Positions 1 to 13,339 of a DNA stretch of 64,000 nt are shown one piece after another. The notes beneath the pieces were generated by a model. It was not told the DNA's origin. It saw only the letters and a list, made by a program, of their open reading frames with translations, and did no database searches. Each line of letters begins with the position of its first letter. Within the stretch, counting starts at the first letter, position 1. Origin of the DNA: Lama glama (lineage: Eukaryota); contig CM052817.1 in the NCBI GenBank assembly GCA_028534125.1, forward strand, positions 84,632,001 through 84,696,000. Direction: 5' to 3'. A program made the translations under genes and the position numbers.

Positions 1-1204
1 GGGAGTCCTAATAGGTAAGAAAGTGATTATAAGCAAAATGTCCAAAATCATACTGAAAACTGAAAAAAGCAGGACTAGAACAGAAAAGTCTATGATGCAA
101 GATATTAAGATAACAAAAATGATCATTAATTTTATACAACTGATAACAAAATCCAGAACTTTGCCCTCCATAGAATACAATAGGGAGATTCGAAGCTTCA
201 GTCTAAGCCATGGGGAGTCAGCGACCATTGCCTTGCACGGGTAGCTGTGGGATGACAGGTGCAGAGCAGGCATGACTGAGCAGTGGAATCAGGGAGGTGC
301 GAGAATATTCATGACTGAGGATCTCAGGATTTGCCAGCCCCAAAGTGAGTTAGCGAAGAGGTGAAGACAATGAGGACAGTGACCACACAGGAAGGAGGTT
401 TTTGAGTACCCTCAAAGACAATAGCTACCCAGTTTGTTAAAAGGAAGAAGTGGAAACATATGATTCCTCAAGGTGATATTCAAAATGTTCAAAGACTGGT
501 GAGGCATGGACCTGACCCTTTAGAATGGATGCTAGCCATGACCTGGAGCAGGACCCTGGATGTCCCTGCTGGGACAGCAGTAGACCCTTAGTGGCCATAT
601 CATGGGGAGGTCTAGAAGTCCCGGGAGAAGGCTGGGCAGCCAGGGCTGTGAGCAGCTCTTGCAGGTTTCAGGGCAGTGGCTTTCTACCAACCATTAAGAA
701 AAGATTTCAATATGTTGACAACATTTTCCATGGAACCGGGGTGTATTGGTTGATTTTCAATCCTGTCAAATTTCTCTTTTATGATGTTAATTCATGATGT
801 TGCAGAAAATCTCCCCTTTATCTTTTCCTCTTAAGTTATATGAGAGAAAGAACTGAGATTTTTAAGATCAAATAAACATTGTGACGCAATGACTTTCCTC
901 TTCCAAGTCCCTTCATGCCCAGCAAAAAAGCAACAGTGAATTCCGTGGCAGCAATGAGAAACAACTGTCTACCGTTCCCCACCAGCTCTGTAACCAGTCT
1001 CTCACAACCAGCTTTTAATTCTTCTACATTTCTTGCTGCTGTCTATTGGTTTTTAGACTGAAGATTAATTCTGCTATTGTATCAGACATGTCAACTACTC
1101 AAGTTTTATTAAATACTAACAAACACAATCTTCACTGTCTTTGAGAAAGGAAACTGACTAAAAGAGCTAGAAGGGAACTTGAGAAACTATTTACACAATT
1201 TTCT

Positions 1205-1272
1205 AATGGGGCATTGTGCAGAGTAGGTACTCAAAAATATTTGTTGAATAAATAAATGAGTAAATGGATGTG
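1205..1272 (+). mobile_element. L2 LINE 3' tail fragment
   Basis: GTAGGTACTCAAAAATATTTGTTGAATAAATAAATGA matches the L2 terminus (TAGGTGCTCAATAAATATTTGTTGAATGAATGA). Confidence 0.6.
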
Positions 1273-1384
1273 ATAGAATTATACTTAAGTTATACAGTCA
1301 GAAAGAACACCTATCATCATCTGCCTTGTTATTCTTAGTATTATAAAATCAATATGAACAAGTTTAAAAAGTATAAGCAATACA

Positions 1385-2225
1385 GAAGTATCCTTTTTTT
1401 CCCCTTGATTGCATGGTTTTCCGTTGAACAGAAGAAATGTAATTTATATAACCTGCTTCTTACTGGTAGACATTTGAATTTTTTTCTAATTTTCACCCTT
1501 CTCTATTTAACAATGCTATAATTTTCATTAAAAAAAAACTTTTTCGAGTATTTCTATAAGATAAATTCCACTACGGGAACTGAGGTGAGAAAGGTATACA
1601 CATTTAAAATTACAATACATATTGCTAGATCAACCTCAAAAAAGTTATGCTGGTTTATACTCTAATCAGAAGTTTATGAGAGCACATGTTTCTCTGTGTT
1701 CTAAACAAATAGCGGTGATGCTATTTTCAAAAATTGCCAATCCAAGAGGTGAAAAATTGTACCGCTGATTTTTAATTTAAATGTTTTCAACTGTTGGTGA
1801 AGTTGAACATCTTTTCCTATGTTTAGTGACATTTATGTTTCTTCTAAGCATTTCTAGCATTTTGTTGTTGTTGCCATTTTTCAGTTGTGGTACTTGCTTC
1901 ATTTTTCTTATTGACTTGTAAGACCCTTTTGTATAACAGGGAAACCAACCTTTCGCATGTGATCTGTGTTGCATTTTTACTAGTTTGTTTTTAACTTTTT
2001 TATATCATGTTGTATCATACTTTGTTGTATAAAAGTTTATAATGTTCACATTGTTAAATTTATTATTTTTTCCTTTCTGGTATTTTTGTGTCATGTTTAC
2101 AAAATACTTTCTCACTACAAAATTAGTGTAAAATAGGATTATGAATTTCTTCTAGTTCTTCTATATTTTTATGACTTTACATTTAAGTATTTATTCCATC
2201 TAGAATTTTCTAATTTATATTTAAA
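1385..2225 (-). mobile_element. Old L1 (L1MC/L1ME-like) 3' region fragment
   Basis: T-rich antisense L1 motifs such as GGTAGACATTTGAATT and TGGTGAAGTTGAACATCTTTTCCTATGTTTA; heavily diverged. Confidence 0.7.
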
Positions 2226-2314
2226 GACTTTCAGAAAGATATCCTATAGCCTTTCTGATAAACACATTCTAATCATTAGCCCCTAGAGTGCTTAGAAGAA
2301 TCTTTCTTAGAAAC

Positions 2315-2480
2315 ATAGAATTTTAAAGCTAAAGAAATAATCTCTGTTATCTTAAAAATAAAGAAACTGTGATCAAGAGGTTAGTAAACATAGCGATTTA
2401 GAGGCACAGCAGAAAGTTGACCCCACATCTCTGATTTCTTTGATTTCTGGTCTAAGAACCCTTCCCCTGTGTTACGCTGA
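2315..2480 (-). mobile_element. MIR SINE fragment
   Basis: AAATAAAGAAACTGTGATCAAGAGGTTAG resembles the antisense MIR core (ATGAGGAAACTGAGGCTCAGAGAGGTTAAG). Confidence 0.5.
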
Positions 2481-3268
2481 CATTTAAAATACTTAAATAA
2501 ACCCTCAGACCAAAGCTCAAATTCCTCCTTGTTTTGTGTCTTCAGTGGAAACATATTTTATTCTAGCTTGTCCATGAAAATCACGGCTACATTAATTTCT
2601 GTTTTCATCCCCACATAAAGTGGGGTATGACACATTTGAGAACTATGTATGAATGTGATGAAAGAGAGTGTAATGTAGAAAATTTAGACTCTCAGGAGTC
2701 CTTGATCGTGACTACTATTATTGACATCTGACTGTGACAGTTCAGTTTTGAGAAATATCAGTGATCCCTTAGGAAGGAGCAGACAACTTTCTCAAACTAA
2801 TGTTTTGAATCATTGGTCATTTGAGAAAGAAAAAAATGGAGAGTAAAGTATAACGTTTGCATTTACTAAGTAGTACATCCAGTTATGCAAAAAGAGAAGA
2901 CTTCAGAATTCAGTGTTAAGTGGGTTATATTGTTAGAATCAATATTCAGTGTCTGCTACTTTTGTACATAAACAGACACACATATGTCATAAATTTCTAT
3001 ATGTCTGTAAATCTGTTTTCTCACCTGCTTTGCCTTATCCCTTCATTCTCTGTGGAACTCCTGGTCCTACCCTGCCCTTCGAGGGCTCCAGCCATCTGCT
3101 TTCCTTTGCTCTGTGATAGTTAATGCCTTCTGTTTTGGTCCTGCCTACTTGATTTCTGACCTGTGTTTGCCTGCTCTCTGGGAGCCGCGAGGCTCTTCTT
3201 TCCCTATGTCTGACTGATTCTTAACTCACTGCTCTCACCTGCTCTTCAACACGCAGTCCTTCTGGACT

Positions 3269-3296
3269 CCTGCCTGCCTGCCTGCCTGCCTGCCTG
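3269..3296. repeat. (CCTG)7 tetranucleotide microsatellite
   Basis: Seven perfect CCTG units read directly. Confidence 0.95.
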
Positions 3297-5074
3297 GCTT
3301 ACGGCTGACTCACCGTTTAGCTCATCACTTCTCAACTGGGGTGAATTCCTGGCTTTCCCGGCTTCAGTTTCCTCACATTAACTCTGCACTTCTATTATAG
3401 ATCACCATTTTAGCTTTCATGCCTAGAATTCAAGACCGCTTTTTAAATTTTGCTTTTACCTACTGTGGGGGAGAATATAAAACATCACCAATCTCACTAA
3501 AGGACAGGGACACTTTGGGATGGGGTCAAGTCACACACAAGTTAGATAATTCATAGGAACATTTTCAGTTGTTTCTTTAGTTAGCCATAGACTTGACATA
3601 CATCAATGTGATTCTTTGTGGTTTTCTTCATTTAAGCTTTTCCCTAACTCTTGGGAACACTGTCCTTTTAAAATAGATTTCATCCTAATTTCTCCTGAAA
3701 TCTCAGGATGTCTGATTTCTTGAGATAGTATTCCAAATTCCTGGAGAAGCTATCTTGGTACCAAGTCAATAGGGTTCTTTTTGAATCCATCTGATCCATG
3801 CCTCTGGCAGTGCTGCGTGCCTTCTACTTAGGAAAAAAAATAAAATCTCTGAAGAGTCAGTTCCCTTCTGCATCTTTCAGCAACCTGAGATGCAACGTCA
3901 AATTCTGCTTACACATCCTGTCTGTGCTCAGTTTTTATTCCATCACTTTTTGAACTCACAGGCCCTTAAAGACTCTAGGTTCCTTGTAACTTTGGTTACA
4001 ACATTGTAAAACTCCTAGATAAGGTGGAATTTCAAGATCTGCAGGCACTCCAGCTAATTAAAAAAACATCTTATGCTTCTCACATGCCACATACTCTTTG
4101 TTAGGATATTACTGACCTTATTTTCTTCATCTCTAATTTGACAATAGCAGCAATAATAAACTGTAAAACATGTACTGAGCAGTCAATAAATACTAGCTTT
4201 TATTGTTATATCTGCTGTCTCCATGATGGTTTATTTTTTAAGGAGATGAGCTAAATCTAAAAGAAAAGTGTTTGTTTTTGCATAACATATGTCTTTTCCT
4301 CGAGTTAAGTAGTCCATTCAGAAGAATTATATAAACAGCATAAAAAAACTGCAGAGGAAGGAAAACTTAAAAATTGAAACATAATATTATTATGAATAAG
4401 GTATTATAAATGGATGGTGATTGTATAATTCCCCTTATTGCTAATTCTACATGTGTAAAATACCATTGGTATCCTATTTGTTTGCATGTTGGGCTTTTAG
4501 TTGTTATGAATGTAAGAGTTTTTATGGATTTTCTCATAATTGCAGTCCCCTCACCATGATTTCCTTTAAGGTTTTAGTTTTTCAGTCCATGAAAAGGTAG
4601 ACTATCTCTGACAGCTCCAGGAGGCCTATGCCCTCTGTCTTTTAGACTTGTTTCAGGATACCAGAACACTCTGGAAGTGAATTTTCCAGCCTCTGAGATT
4701 TTCAGGGTCACTCAGTGTAATTCAGAGCTGAATCTGTGCCTGAGGTGATATGGGAAGCAGAGTCTAGTCTGAGGGGTGGGGAGGGGGCTGGAGGAACAGG
4801 GCCTAGTGAGGGGATCAAGGCTGTAGCTGCTGAGTTCTGCTCACTCCATTATTGACCCTGGAGGAAAACTAGGTAAAAGCCAAGGCAGAAGTCAAGTCAG
4901 GGCGATCTACTTAAATGCCACATATAATGAGACTGAAATAGAGAGACTGCAGTCCAGGGGGCAAGATTTATTCTAGGCTGGCTTCTCACCAGGAAGGGGG
5001 CAGCAGTTTATATCCAGACACTCACTTAGACAGGAGCTCACTGGTTATAAGTCTCTGCAGAATGGAGCAGAGTT

Positions 5075-5296
5075 ATTCAGAGCTGGAATTTGGTCTTGTT
5101 CTATTTAGTGTCTCGAACAAATATTTTCTCCGTGCTTCAATTTCCTAACCTATATAATGAGATTAACCATACCTGTCTCATATGAAATTAAATTGGAAGC
5201 ATTGCAGTTAAATTTGGTGATGTATGAAAAATACTTAGGACAGTGACTGGCACATAGTAAGTGCTCAATAAATGGTAGATATTCTTATTGTTGTTG
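5075..5296 (+). mobile_element. MIR SINE
   Basis: Core GTGCTTCAATTTCCTAACCTATATAATG and 3' end ACAGTGACTGGCACATAGTAAGTGCTCAATAAATGGTAG. Confidence 0.8.
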
Positions 5297-5330
5297 TCGT
5301 CATGTTGTTGTTATTTTTATTGTCCTTTAA

Positions 5331-6157
5331 GACTGAAGCTGAGGGCCAGGCAGAGACAAGCAAGAAGCCTTACACAGTGACTTTTAGTGATGAGGTTTTG
5401 CCACTTGTGCTCTGTAGAATACCTCATTCTAGTGGTATTGTCGCCTTTACAAGTAGAACTTCAGTAAGGCAGTGACCTTATCAATATCTTCTCAGAAGAC
5501 TTCCTAAGTTTTTATATTTGATCTCCTTCCTAAAAGCTCAGCGATGTTGGCAATGATATATAAGATGGAAAAGTTATATAAAGAGCTTCTGGTTTTCTTT
5601 GTTAACTTCTTTGAAGTTAACAAAAAAAATTTTTTTTAAACTTAAGTTACTCTTAAGTTACATTCTGATTCATTCGACCCTGGACCCAGATTGGAAGAGT
5701 TCTGTCTGGCAGCTGTAAGGGCTGAGCATTGTAGAGTAAGTGGGGAGAAGTACACTAAACCTTTAGATTCCTTTAGTAGCTTTTGCACATGTATCATTTC
5801 CTTCTCTTTTATCTAAAGTTAATTGAGACAATGGGGCATGGTGTAAAGATCTGTAAGAAACTGAGCCTGCCTTCAAAGGTCTTACACTCTTGTAGAAAGA
5901 GAAGGTGTGTACAAATGTACAAAAAAAACTACCTCTGCTCTCCACCCACAAGTATGGCTGGAGATAAAGTGGTGGGCATAACTGAAAGACTTTTGCAAGG
6001 AACAGATAAGTCTAATGGAGCATTTGTTAGGCTATAGATAAAGGACATCAGGATAAGCATTATATTTACTCTTATTGTTATTGTTATTTACGACTGAAGC
6101 AGGGGAGGCAGGCAGAGACAAGCAAGGAACTAGTATACTATGACTTTCAGAGTGAGG
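5331..6157 (+). repeat. Local diverged direct repeat: copy 1 at 5331-5395, copy 2 at 6092-6157
   Basis: Both copies read GACTGAAGC..GG..CAGGCAGAGACAAGCAAG...TGACTTT.AG..TGAGG, with an identical 18-mer at 5347-5364 and 6109-6126. Both are preceded by CTTATTGTT(A/G)TTGT. Confidence 0.8.
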
Positions 6158-7969
6158 AAATAATTCATTCTGTCTCCCCCGTGAAAAACACCTAGAGGAA
6201 GAAAGCAAGGAAGGGTGACTGTGAGGGTAGTCATGTCAAAGCAGATTCCCTGCTGAGTCTGTCTCCTACTTTCAAAGGCTGGACAGGATTAGTCACACAG
6301 AATCAGGAGCACAGGGTCTTGGAGAGTCCACGGGGCCATACTTAGCAGGCTTTAGGCCAAATCTGGAAAGGCCTGCTGTGTGGTATGAAAAGTATGAGGT
6401 GAGTCATTTTCCTATTCTTTCTGTGAATCTGTACATAAATTGACATTACTCACTGCCAGTGCTTTTGGAGTTGGATATTTTGGGGGGAATTGTAAGGATA
6501 GGTCAGTGAACAGTACTGATTCTGGCCTCAGGTCGACAAGGAATATAAATAGAGGCTGCCCAAAGGATCCCAGGACACATTTGGATTATAACTCAGTAAT
6601 CATAATAAAGCAAAAGACTGAGAAACACCTTAAAAGAAGTACAGATGACACATCGTAAGCAGTCTGGGTAGTGAAAAGTTACTTCTAGCCTAGGAGTAGA
6701 GAGAGGAGAGAAAAAGGAGGAGGAAAGCTCTGCAGAAGAGTTCGTGGGATTGGCCTTTGGGAGATGGTATAGTGGACACTGTGGCTAATTCCCTAGTATC
6801 TACTCTGTCTCAGATGATTAGTGTAAACTGATTGTAGTGATTCTGTGCCCTTTGTCAGGATTGTCAGTTCAGAGATGAATAGGCCCATGCTAATTTGGAC
6901 CAATAAGATGGATAAAGTGTGTTGGGACTCTTGGGAAAAAGTGACTCTCTCTTTGCTATTGAATGGGAACAAGGAAACAGTCCCAATTGTTACTGGCAGT
7001 ACTCCAGCTACCACAGGAAAATCCAGTCTTTCCTAAGAGCCATAACTGAAGAGAGCAGGCTGGAGGGGTGAACAAAGGCTGCTTCCTTGCTGACAATGAT
7101 ACAGAACAGTAGGATTTGAATCTATGGGGTTATAGAAATTTTGTAGATCTATGAGCAGAGGTGAGAAAGTTTAAAATGTGTGTGTGGAGCAGCCAGGAGT
7201 TCTCCACTAATAATCCTCTCCCCTACTCACCAGCCCTGCCTGTCCAGCATCCCAAAATAGTGTATAATAACCCATTTTTGTTGTTTCAAAAAAAAAAGTT
7301 TAGTTGTTAAAACTTCAAGAGTATGTTTATTATTGCTTTTGAGCTTTATAAATTTGAACATGGTAGGAAAAAATCTATTGTTTGATACTTGGTCACTTCC
7401 CTTAATGTTACTTAATTTTGATGTGTTTTTAGAAATTTCTGTGTCAGTAGCTGTGTTTGAATTTCCATCACAGTCTCCTAGTCTGCTGCTTCCTGCCACA
7501 ACGAGATGTTGTGGGAAGAGCTTTGGAGAGTTAGTTACCTGTGACTTTGAATCCCAACTTTTGATAGTGTGATAGCTAACTTTTAAAGTGCATCTTCTTC
7601 TCCTAGAACAATCTTTTCATTGAACTAAATGAAATTCTGTTCAGGTTCTAATGCCATTGTAGCCCCTGAAATCAAGATGACCTATTATTTCAGGTCTCTA
7701 CTGAAACAATGGTTCCTCTTCCAGGATTTTCAGGAAGAGAAGAGTCTATTATATTACAGGATGAGCATATTGTTAATTTGGTACCCTGGCCAAATTCCAT
7801 ATGGAATATTTGTAGTCTACCTTATTAAAATGTATGCAATTAAAAAAATTAACCATTTCCAGGTGGCTATGTAATTAAAAAAAATTACTTATTCCTTGTT
7901 TTACTGAATGGTTCTCAGCTGTCTGGGATTAAGCTCAATGAACAGAGGAATTTTGGGGGAGGTGGGAGG

Positions 7970-8060
7970 GGTGTTTGTTTACTGTGGTATGACTAATACC
8001 CAGAAGAGTGTTTGAAGCATAGTCAGCTGTCAGTTAATATTTGCTGAATGAATGAATTAG
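7970..8060 (+). mobile_element. L2 3' tail fragment
   Basis: TGTTTGTTTACTG...CATAGTCAGCTGTCAGTTAATATTTGCTGAATGAATGAAT. Confidence 0.65.
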
Positions 8061-9949
8061 TCACTCCACACTATTATATACCACAAGAGAGCTAGATGTT
8101 TTTCATGTTGGGAAGAATGATTTCATCACTTTATTTTATTAATCTTGCTAATTGAATTTAATTGTTGTTCTTGGAAATTTATTCTCTGTATAAACAATTA
8201 CATAAAGTATTTAAAATTAAACTATGTAAGCTTTTATTTACTACATTTAAAATTAAATCTAGATTATGAAAACAACACTACAATCTGTACATAGAGAATA
8301 TCTCCTTTGTTAAGAGGATGCAGATGAATGGCTTGATGGGATTACTTTTGATGTTTTAGTGTAGAGCAAAATAGAAAGTAGAAAAATTTTAAATTCTGCT
8401 TCCCTTGCTTAATCTAGATATACTTAATCCCATTGGCTGCTGTCATTACCCCTGATATTCAGGTTTAAAAGCATCAAAGAGGAGGAAATATGTCAATTTA
8501 GCAAAATGAGGATTCTCCTCCACCTGTCCCAACAACTGAAAAAAAATGCCAAGGAATAAAAAAATAAAAGATAACTAATTCTCCAATGGCAAGTTAACTG
8601 AAACAAAAATATTTGAAATAATAAATGTCTCTAGATACCTAGATTTACACTTCGTGTAATAAATGCTTGCTATAAATAAATGGCTGCTCTAAGAGCAGGT
8701 GTAAGTGACTGTGACTTCACTGTATGTATAGTGAAGGCATATGTCTTGATGGGAAACAAGGGACAAGGAACATAATGAGATTCAACTGAGAGGGATTTGG
8801 GACTTAACTCCTCTTCACGTTGGAGTGAAACCAGATTCATAGCAGTAGAAGGACTCCATAAACATAATTCACTGAAATGAGAGGGTGATAAAAGGCCTTT
8901 TTTCTTGCCTTTTGCAGGGATAAATTACACTCAAAGCTACAGAAATGTTTCTTTCCAGCTTCAGATTAAGTGTGCTTGTATAATAAACATTACCGTAACA
9001 TTCAGCTTCCTTAACCTAGACAGCTCAATTAGCCTGTGCGATAAAATACAACTTCCGTGCACTTTGTGAGCACTTAATGTGACGGAGGGCCTGTTAGCAA
9101 GAAATCTCGCAGAAAATAGGTCTTGTCAAGTGTTTAAGGAAATTGAATTAGCATTTTGTTTAACAAATACATATGTGTAATATATGCATTCTTTTAGATT
9201 CTTTGTAATTTGATTAGATTGATGTAATTTAGTCTCCTTTCTGTGTGAAAATCTCTCATTTATTATCTCTCCTATTTGCTGGAAAACTATAGGGAAACCT
9301 GGGAAATTATTACACGTAGGCACAGGTGTTTAAAGAAGTCGGGAACTCTGAAGACTTGCAGAGAGTACTGAGAAAGCTTTAATCCAAACCTCGAAATTGT
9401 CGTGAGTGGAAGGTGAAGCCAGTGACCCTCTTGACTTAGAATTGTATTGCTGATTAAGTTGTATAATTCTTTTCTGAAGGAGATAAGACATCAGATCTCT
9501 TGTAGGATTGGTTGAGAAAAAGACCTCAGAGGGATGAGTGTTCCACATGTGAACAAGAGACTGGACAATTAGCCTGATCTGTTCACCTGTGATTAGCCAT
9601 AGTAGCTCTTTCCAAACTGTAGTTCTAGTCTTTGTGTGGCACCATTATAGTGTCTTAAGTATTGTCGTAATTATCTACCAAATAAAGCTTCGAGGAACCT
9701 CTGAGACTAGCCCTATGGTAGTTTACCCCAACTTTGTGTTTAGATTTCCATTTGCTTATGTGTGTAGACCCCCTGTTCCAGGCCAGTGGCTTCCATGTGA
9801 TTCATCTACTTAATTGGAACTTATATTCTACCACAGTACTGTGTGCCTCTGACTGTTGGTGGCAAACCAGTCTTTACTGCCCCTTGTTTCTCTGCCTTTC
9901 TCCTCTCATTCCCACCATGCCCTCTACTTGGTGTGGCTCTACTTCCCCA

Positions 9950-10190
9950 GTTGTTGAAAGTCTTTTCACTGCACACTTAGGTGGACCCTCTGTGTGAATC
10001 CTTCCCTGGTCCCTCAGCCAGGAAGCGTCTCAGCTCCAGTTCCCTTATTGCTTCATTTTTACCTCCCTTACGATACATCAATTTCTACAAGGATTATCAT
10101 TATTTTTGTACCTTTCTCCTCTCCCTTGAGGGCAGAACTGGTGATTGATTCTCTGTCATGCTTGGGACTAGTGCTGTATATTCAACTCTT
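9950..10190 (+). mobile_element. L2 3' region fragment
   Basis: GTGAATCCTTCCCTGGTCC and CCCTTGAGGGCAGAACTG resemble L2 3' motifs. Confidence 0.45.
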
Positions 10191-11829
10191 ATTTTTCCAC
10201 TCATATTAAACATATTTATAAACAGGTCCTGCTTTCTGAGAACACTGACAATAGTTTTTTGAATATACATAAATACCATGTATACATATAATTCAAGTAC
10301 CTATAGTAATGTTGTAAAGGAGGACCTGAAGGATGATGAATAAATACCCAAACACAGTTTACTTGTAGGGGATAAGGATCATACTGTCTTCCTGAAAAAT
10401 ATGTTACTTTTAGCTTAAAAGAGAAACCTTACAGACTAAACAGAGGGAGAAAGTTTGGGGAACATCAAAAGGTAAAAAGATTAATTTTTAATGTTACATG
10501 ATGTCTCTCGAAGGAGATAATTCAGATGTCAGTTGCACTTCTTTGCTAGGCTGGTTTATTGTCACGGTGAGGAGGAGATGGGGGAAAGCTCCTGAGCTTT
10601 TCAGAGGGCTTGTTTACCAGTGTTCCGATCACACAAGATAAGTGGGCCTTTAGGGAATTCTTTGTTTGCACTTCTAATTGTTTCCTTAAATGTGTCCATA
10701 AAAATTCATTCAGAAAACTGCAGCAGATTTAAGGAGATAAAATAAGTCCTCAGATGGCTGTTAGTAATACAAATAACTTCAAGTGTTTCTGCAAATTGCA
10801 TGTCAGCCACAATTAACAATATGATGTTTATTTTGGTGTGGATAGGTAGCCTTGATAACTCTCCCAGTTATCAGGGGTTCCTTTGATAATGTCTTTGTAA
10901 TTGAAGCATTTTGCCTTGCATTAAACAGATGGGTGTGTGGCAAGTGTTGACGACCATTTGCTCAGATATAGCATGCAGACACCAGCTCCACTTTGTCCTG
11001 TGAGCAATGGCTGTCCCCTTGGTAAAGGTATCCATGCAAACATTAGAGTTTGGATCACGGTCACCAGACACTAACAATTCTGCCAGGTTGTAGGATTTTG
11101 GCATGGACTAATTCACATGCAGTGCAATTGTGGGGGAGATTTTGAACAAATATTGTTTGGTGAGAAGCAGATGAGTGTCATGATTACCATTTTTAGTACT
11201 CCCTTTTCTCACTTGGTGTAAAAATTGTCTACCCTCTTGAGAAGAAGTAAATAAGATATGGAAATGTTGCTCTACCATGTGGGAAGCTAGACAAATATTT
11301 TCTTTTCTACCACAGAATGTTTTCTGATGCTTGTCAAAATTTCTTGTGTGTGCTATGATTCTACACTCTACAGCAGTGCTTGTTCTGTGATAGCACTGAG
11401 CTTGCACTTGGTATTAATAAAAGCCATATTTGCAGACTTATTGAAGTGGATTTAAAAGCCAGTCAATTAGTCTGGTAATTAATCTGCCAGCCCTCTCCTC
11501 TTGCCCTGCCGTTGCAATGCTCACCATAAACTATGACTGAACCAGTAACAGCCCTTTTCTGATGAGGCACAACTTAATGATAATGATTTTATCTCTTCTA
11601 GGGATGTTTTTGTGCCTACACTCAATCATCTTGATGGTTTTGTTTTTACCATAAACATCAAATGGCACTATATTGGGAACATTATGTAACAATTAACCAC
11701 ATTTTAATTTGTCTGACAATTATGGAGACATAGTGCTGTCATGAAAATGGACTGCTTCACTGCCATATTAAAGATGCTGAGTGTAATATCTTTTCCATGT
11801 GAAACTTATAAACAGGGATGCAGCTCCCA

Positions 11830-12140
11830 TCAGTTAAGAGGGTGTTTGGCTGCAAATAATAGAAAACCCTACTACCTACAGTGTTGAACAGGCTGTGTCA
11901 TTCTTAGTGTGTAGAATGACAGAAACTTCTGTTGCAAGCTGATTGCTGCACCTTCAGAATCCTGTCTGGGTCCCCAAAGGAAGGAGAAAGCAGACAGGGA
12001 CACTGTCTGCATCAAGAAATCATAACTTCTGAGAATTCTCAATTTATACCTTATTAACAATGGAATTTGGGTAATACTGCACCAAGTCAGATCTTGATTC
12101 CGCATCAGATGAAGACAAGATAATGAGATTGAGTCAATTA
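11830..12140. mobile_element. Old MLT1-family (ERVL-MaLR) solo LTR, degraded
   Basis: Starts TCAGTTAAGAGGGTGTTTGGCTGCAAATAATAGAAAACCC, like old MLT1 termini (TCAGTTAGG...GGCTGCAAGTAACAGAAAACCC). Confidence 0.5.
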
Positions 12141-13339
12141 ATAGTATCAGTCATACTGCTCAAATATGATTTTAAAATAAAGGAATTTAATAATTGTTAA
12201 CAGTTGCTGTTTTGTGTTGTGGAATCTCAGTCTGTTAGGCTGAATATTCCTGGAGAGTGGGCTGGGTTGGGAAAAGTTGGAGAGAACTAGGAAATTGGAA
12301 CAGGTTGATCCTTTTAGTTCCTAGGTCATTTGGTCTAGAAACCAAGGAAACAGAGAAAAGTTCTCTTCTGACTGAAATAAGGTTCATTTTTATCCTTCTT
12401 TACTTTTTATGCACTCTAGCCTTATCCTTGATATGGGGAAGCTTATAAAATTGTCACTCCATTGCTCATGACCTGCCCTAAGAAGACAGATATTTTGAGG
12501 AGATAGAGAGTGATCAGATGCAAAAAAAAAAAAAAAATAAGCCTAGACTAACACCTGCAAGAGAGAAGAAAAGAAAGGAGAATACAAGGAGGAAGAAATG
12601 TGAAATGCTGGCAAATATCCAGCAGGAAATTATTTATAAACCTTTGCCTGGTTCTATTTTCAATATTTATGATTTTGCTATGATTACAGAGTCCTTGACA
12701 TTTTATTGTCTCCTCTGGTTTCTGAGGGAAAGGCAGGTAAGTGATCCATTGCTTTAGGCAAAAGTCACTCATTGGTGTCAGACCAGATTTTCATAGTTAA
12801 TTTTATATTCTGACAATTACATAAATTAATCCAGTAAATCCAACAAAGCCTACCAAGATTTGTCTGGATTTGTCATGAACGTTAAAATGTCATCATCATA
12901 CATGGTAATTTATACTGCCTACGATTAGTAGTAATCCTTCCCATCTCCTGTGAGAATCTAATAACCAGAGCTAATAGCTATAATGCTAAAATAAACAGCA
13001 GAGGATCTGAACAACATCTCTTCTTTGTAGCTTTTGGAAGTGGTCTGGTATATGTAGAATATTTTCATTGTGCACCTTTTTTTCCCTGTGGAAGAATATC
13101 AACTGCTTATTCCTATTCTAAATCAAAGTGTTTCAGTGCATCACAGAACACATTTCATTTGATGAGTTATATACATCTTGCCTTCCATAAAATGGTAATT
13201 AGAGTTCCTATGGTAAATGTTTAGAATGCTCCTATCTTCTTAAATAAATGTATAATGGTGATCTCGACACAAAATGTTTTAAGCCACTATTAACTGCACT
13301 GCTAGTTTTGTCACTATAACATGGAGATAACAGTAGGGA

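Noticed and set aside
1..700. Purine-rich segment, possibly an antisense ancient LINE
   Set aside because: No diagnostic motif could be aligned with confidence.
4752..4801. Potential G-quadruplex GGGG-T-GGGG-A-GGGGG...GGG and nearby CTCF-like words (4950-5007)
   Set aside because: The fourth G-tract needs an 11-nt loop, and the CTCF matches have two or more core mismatches.
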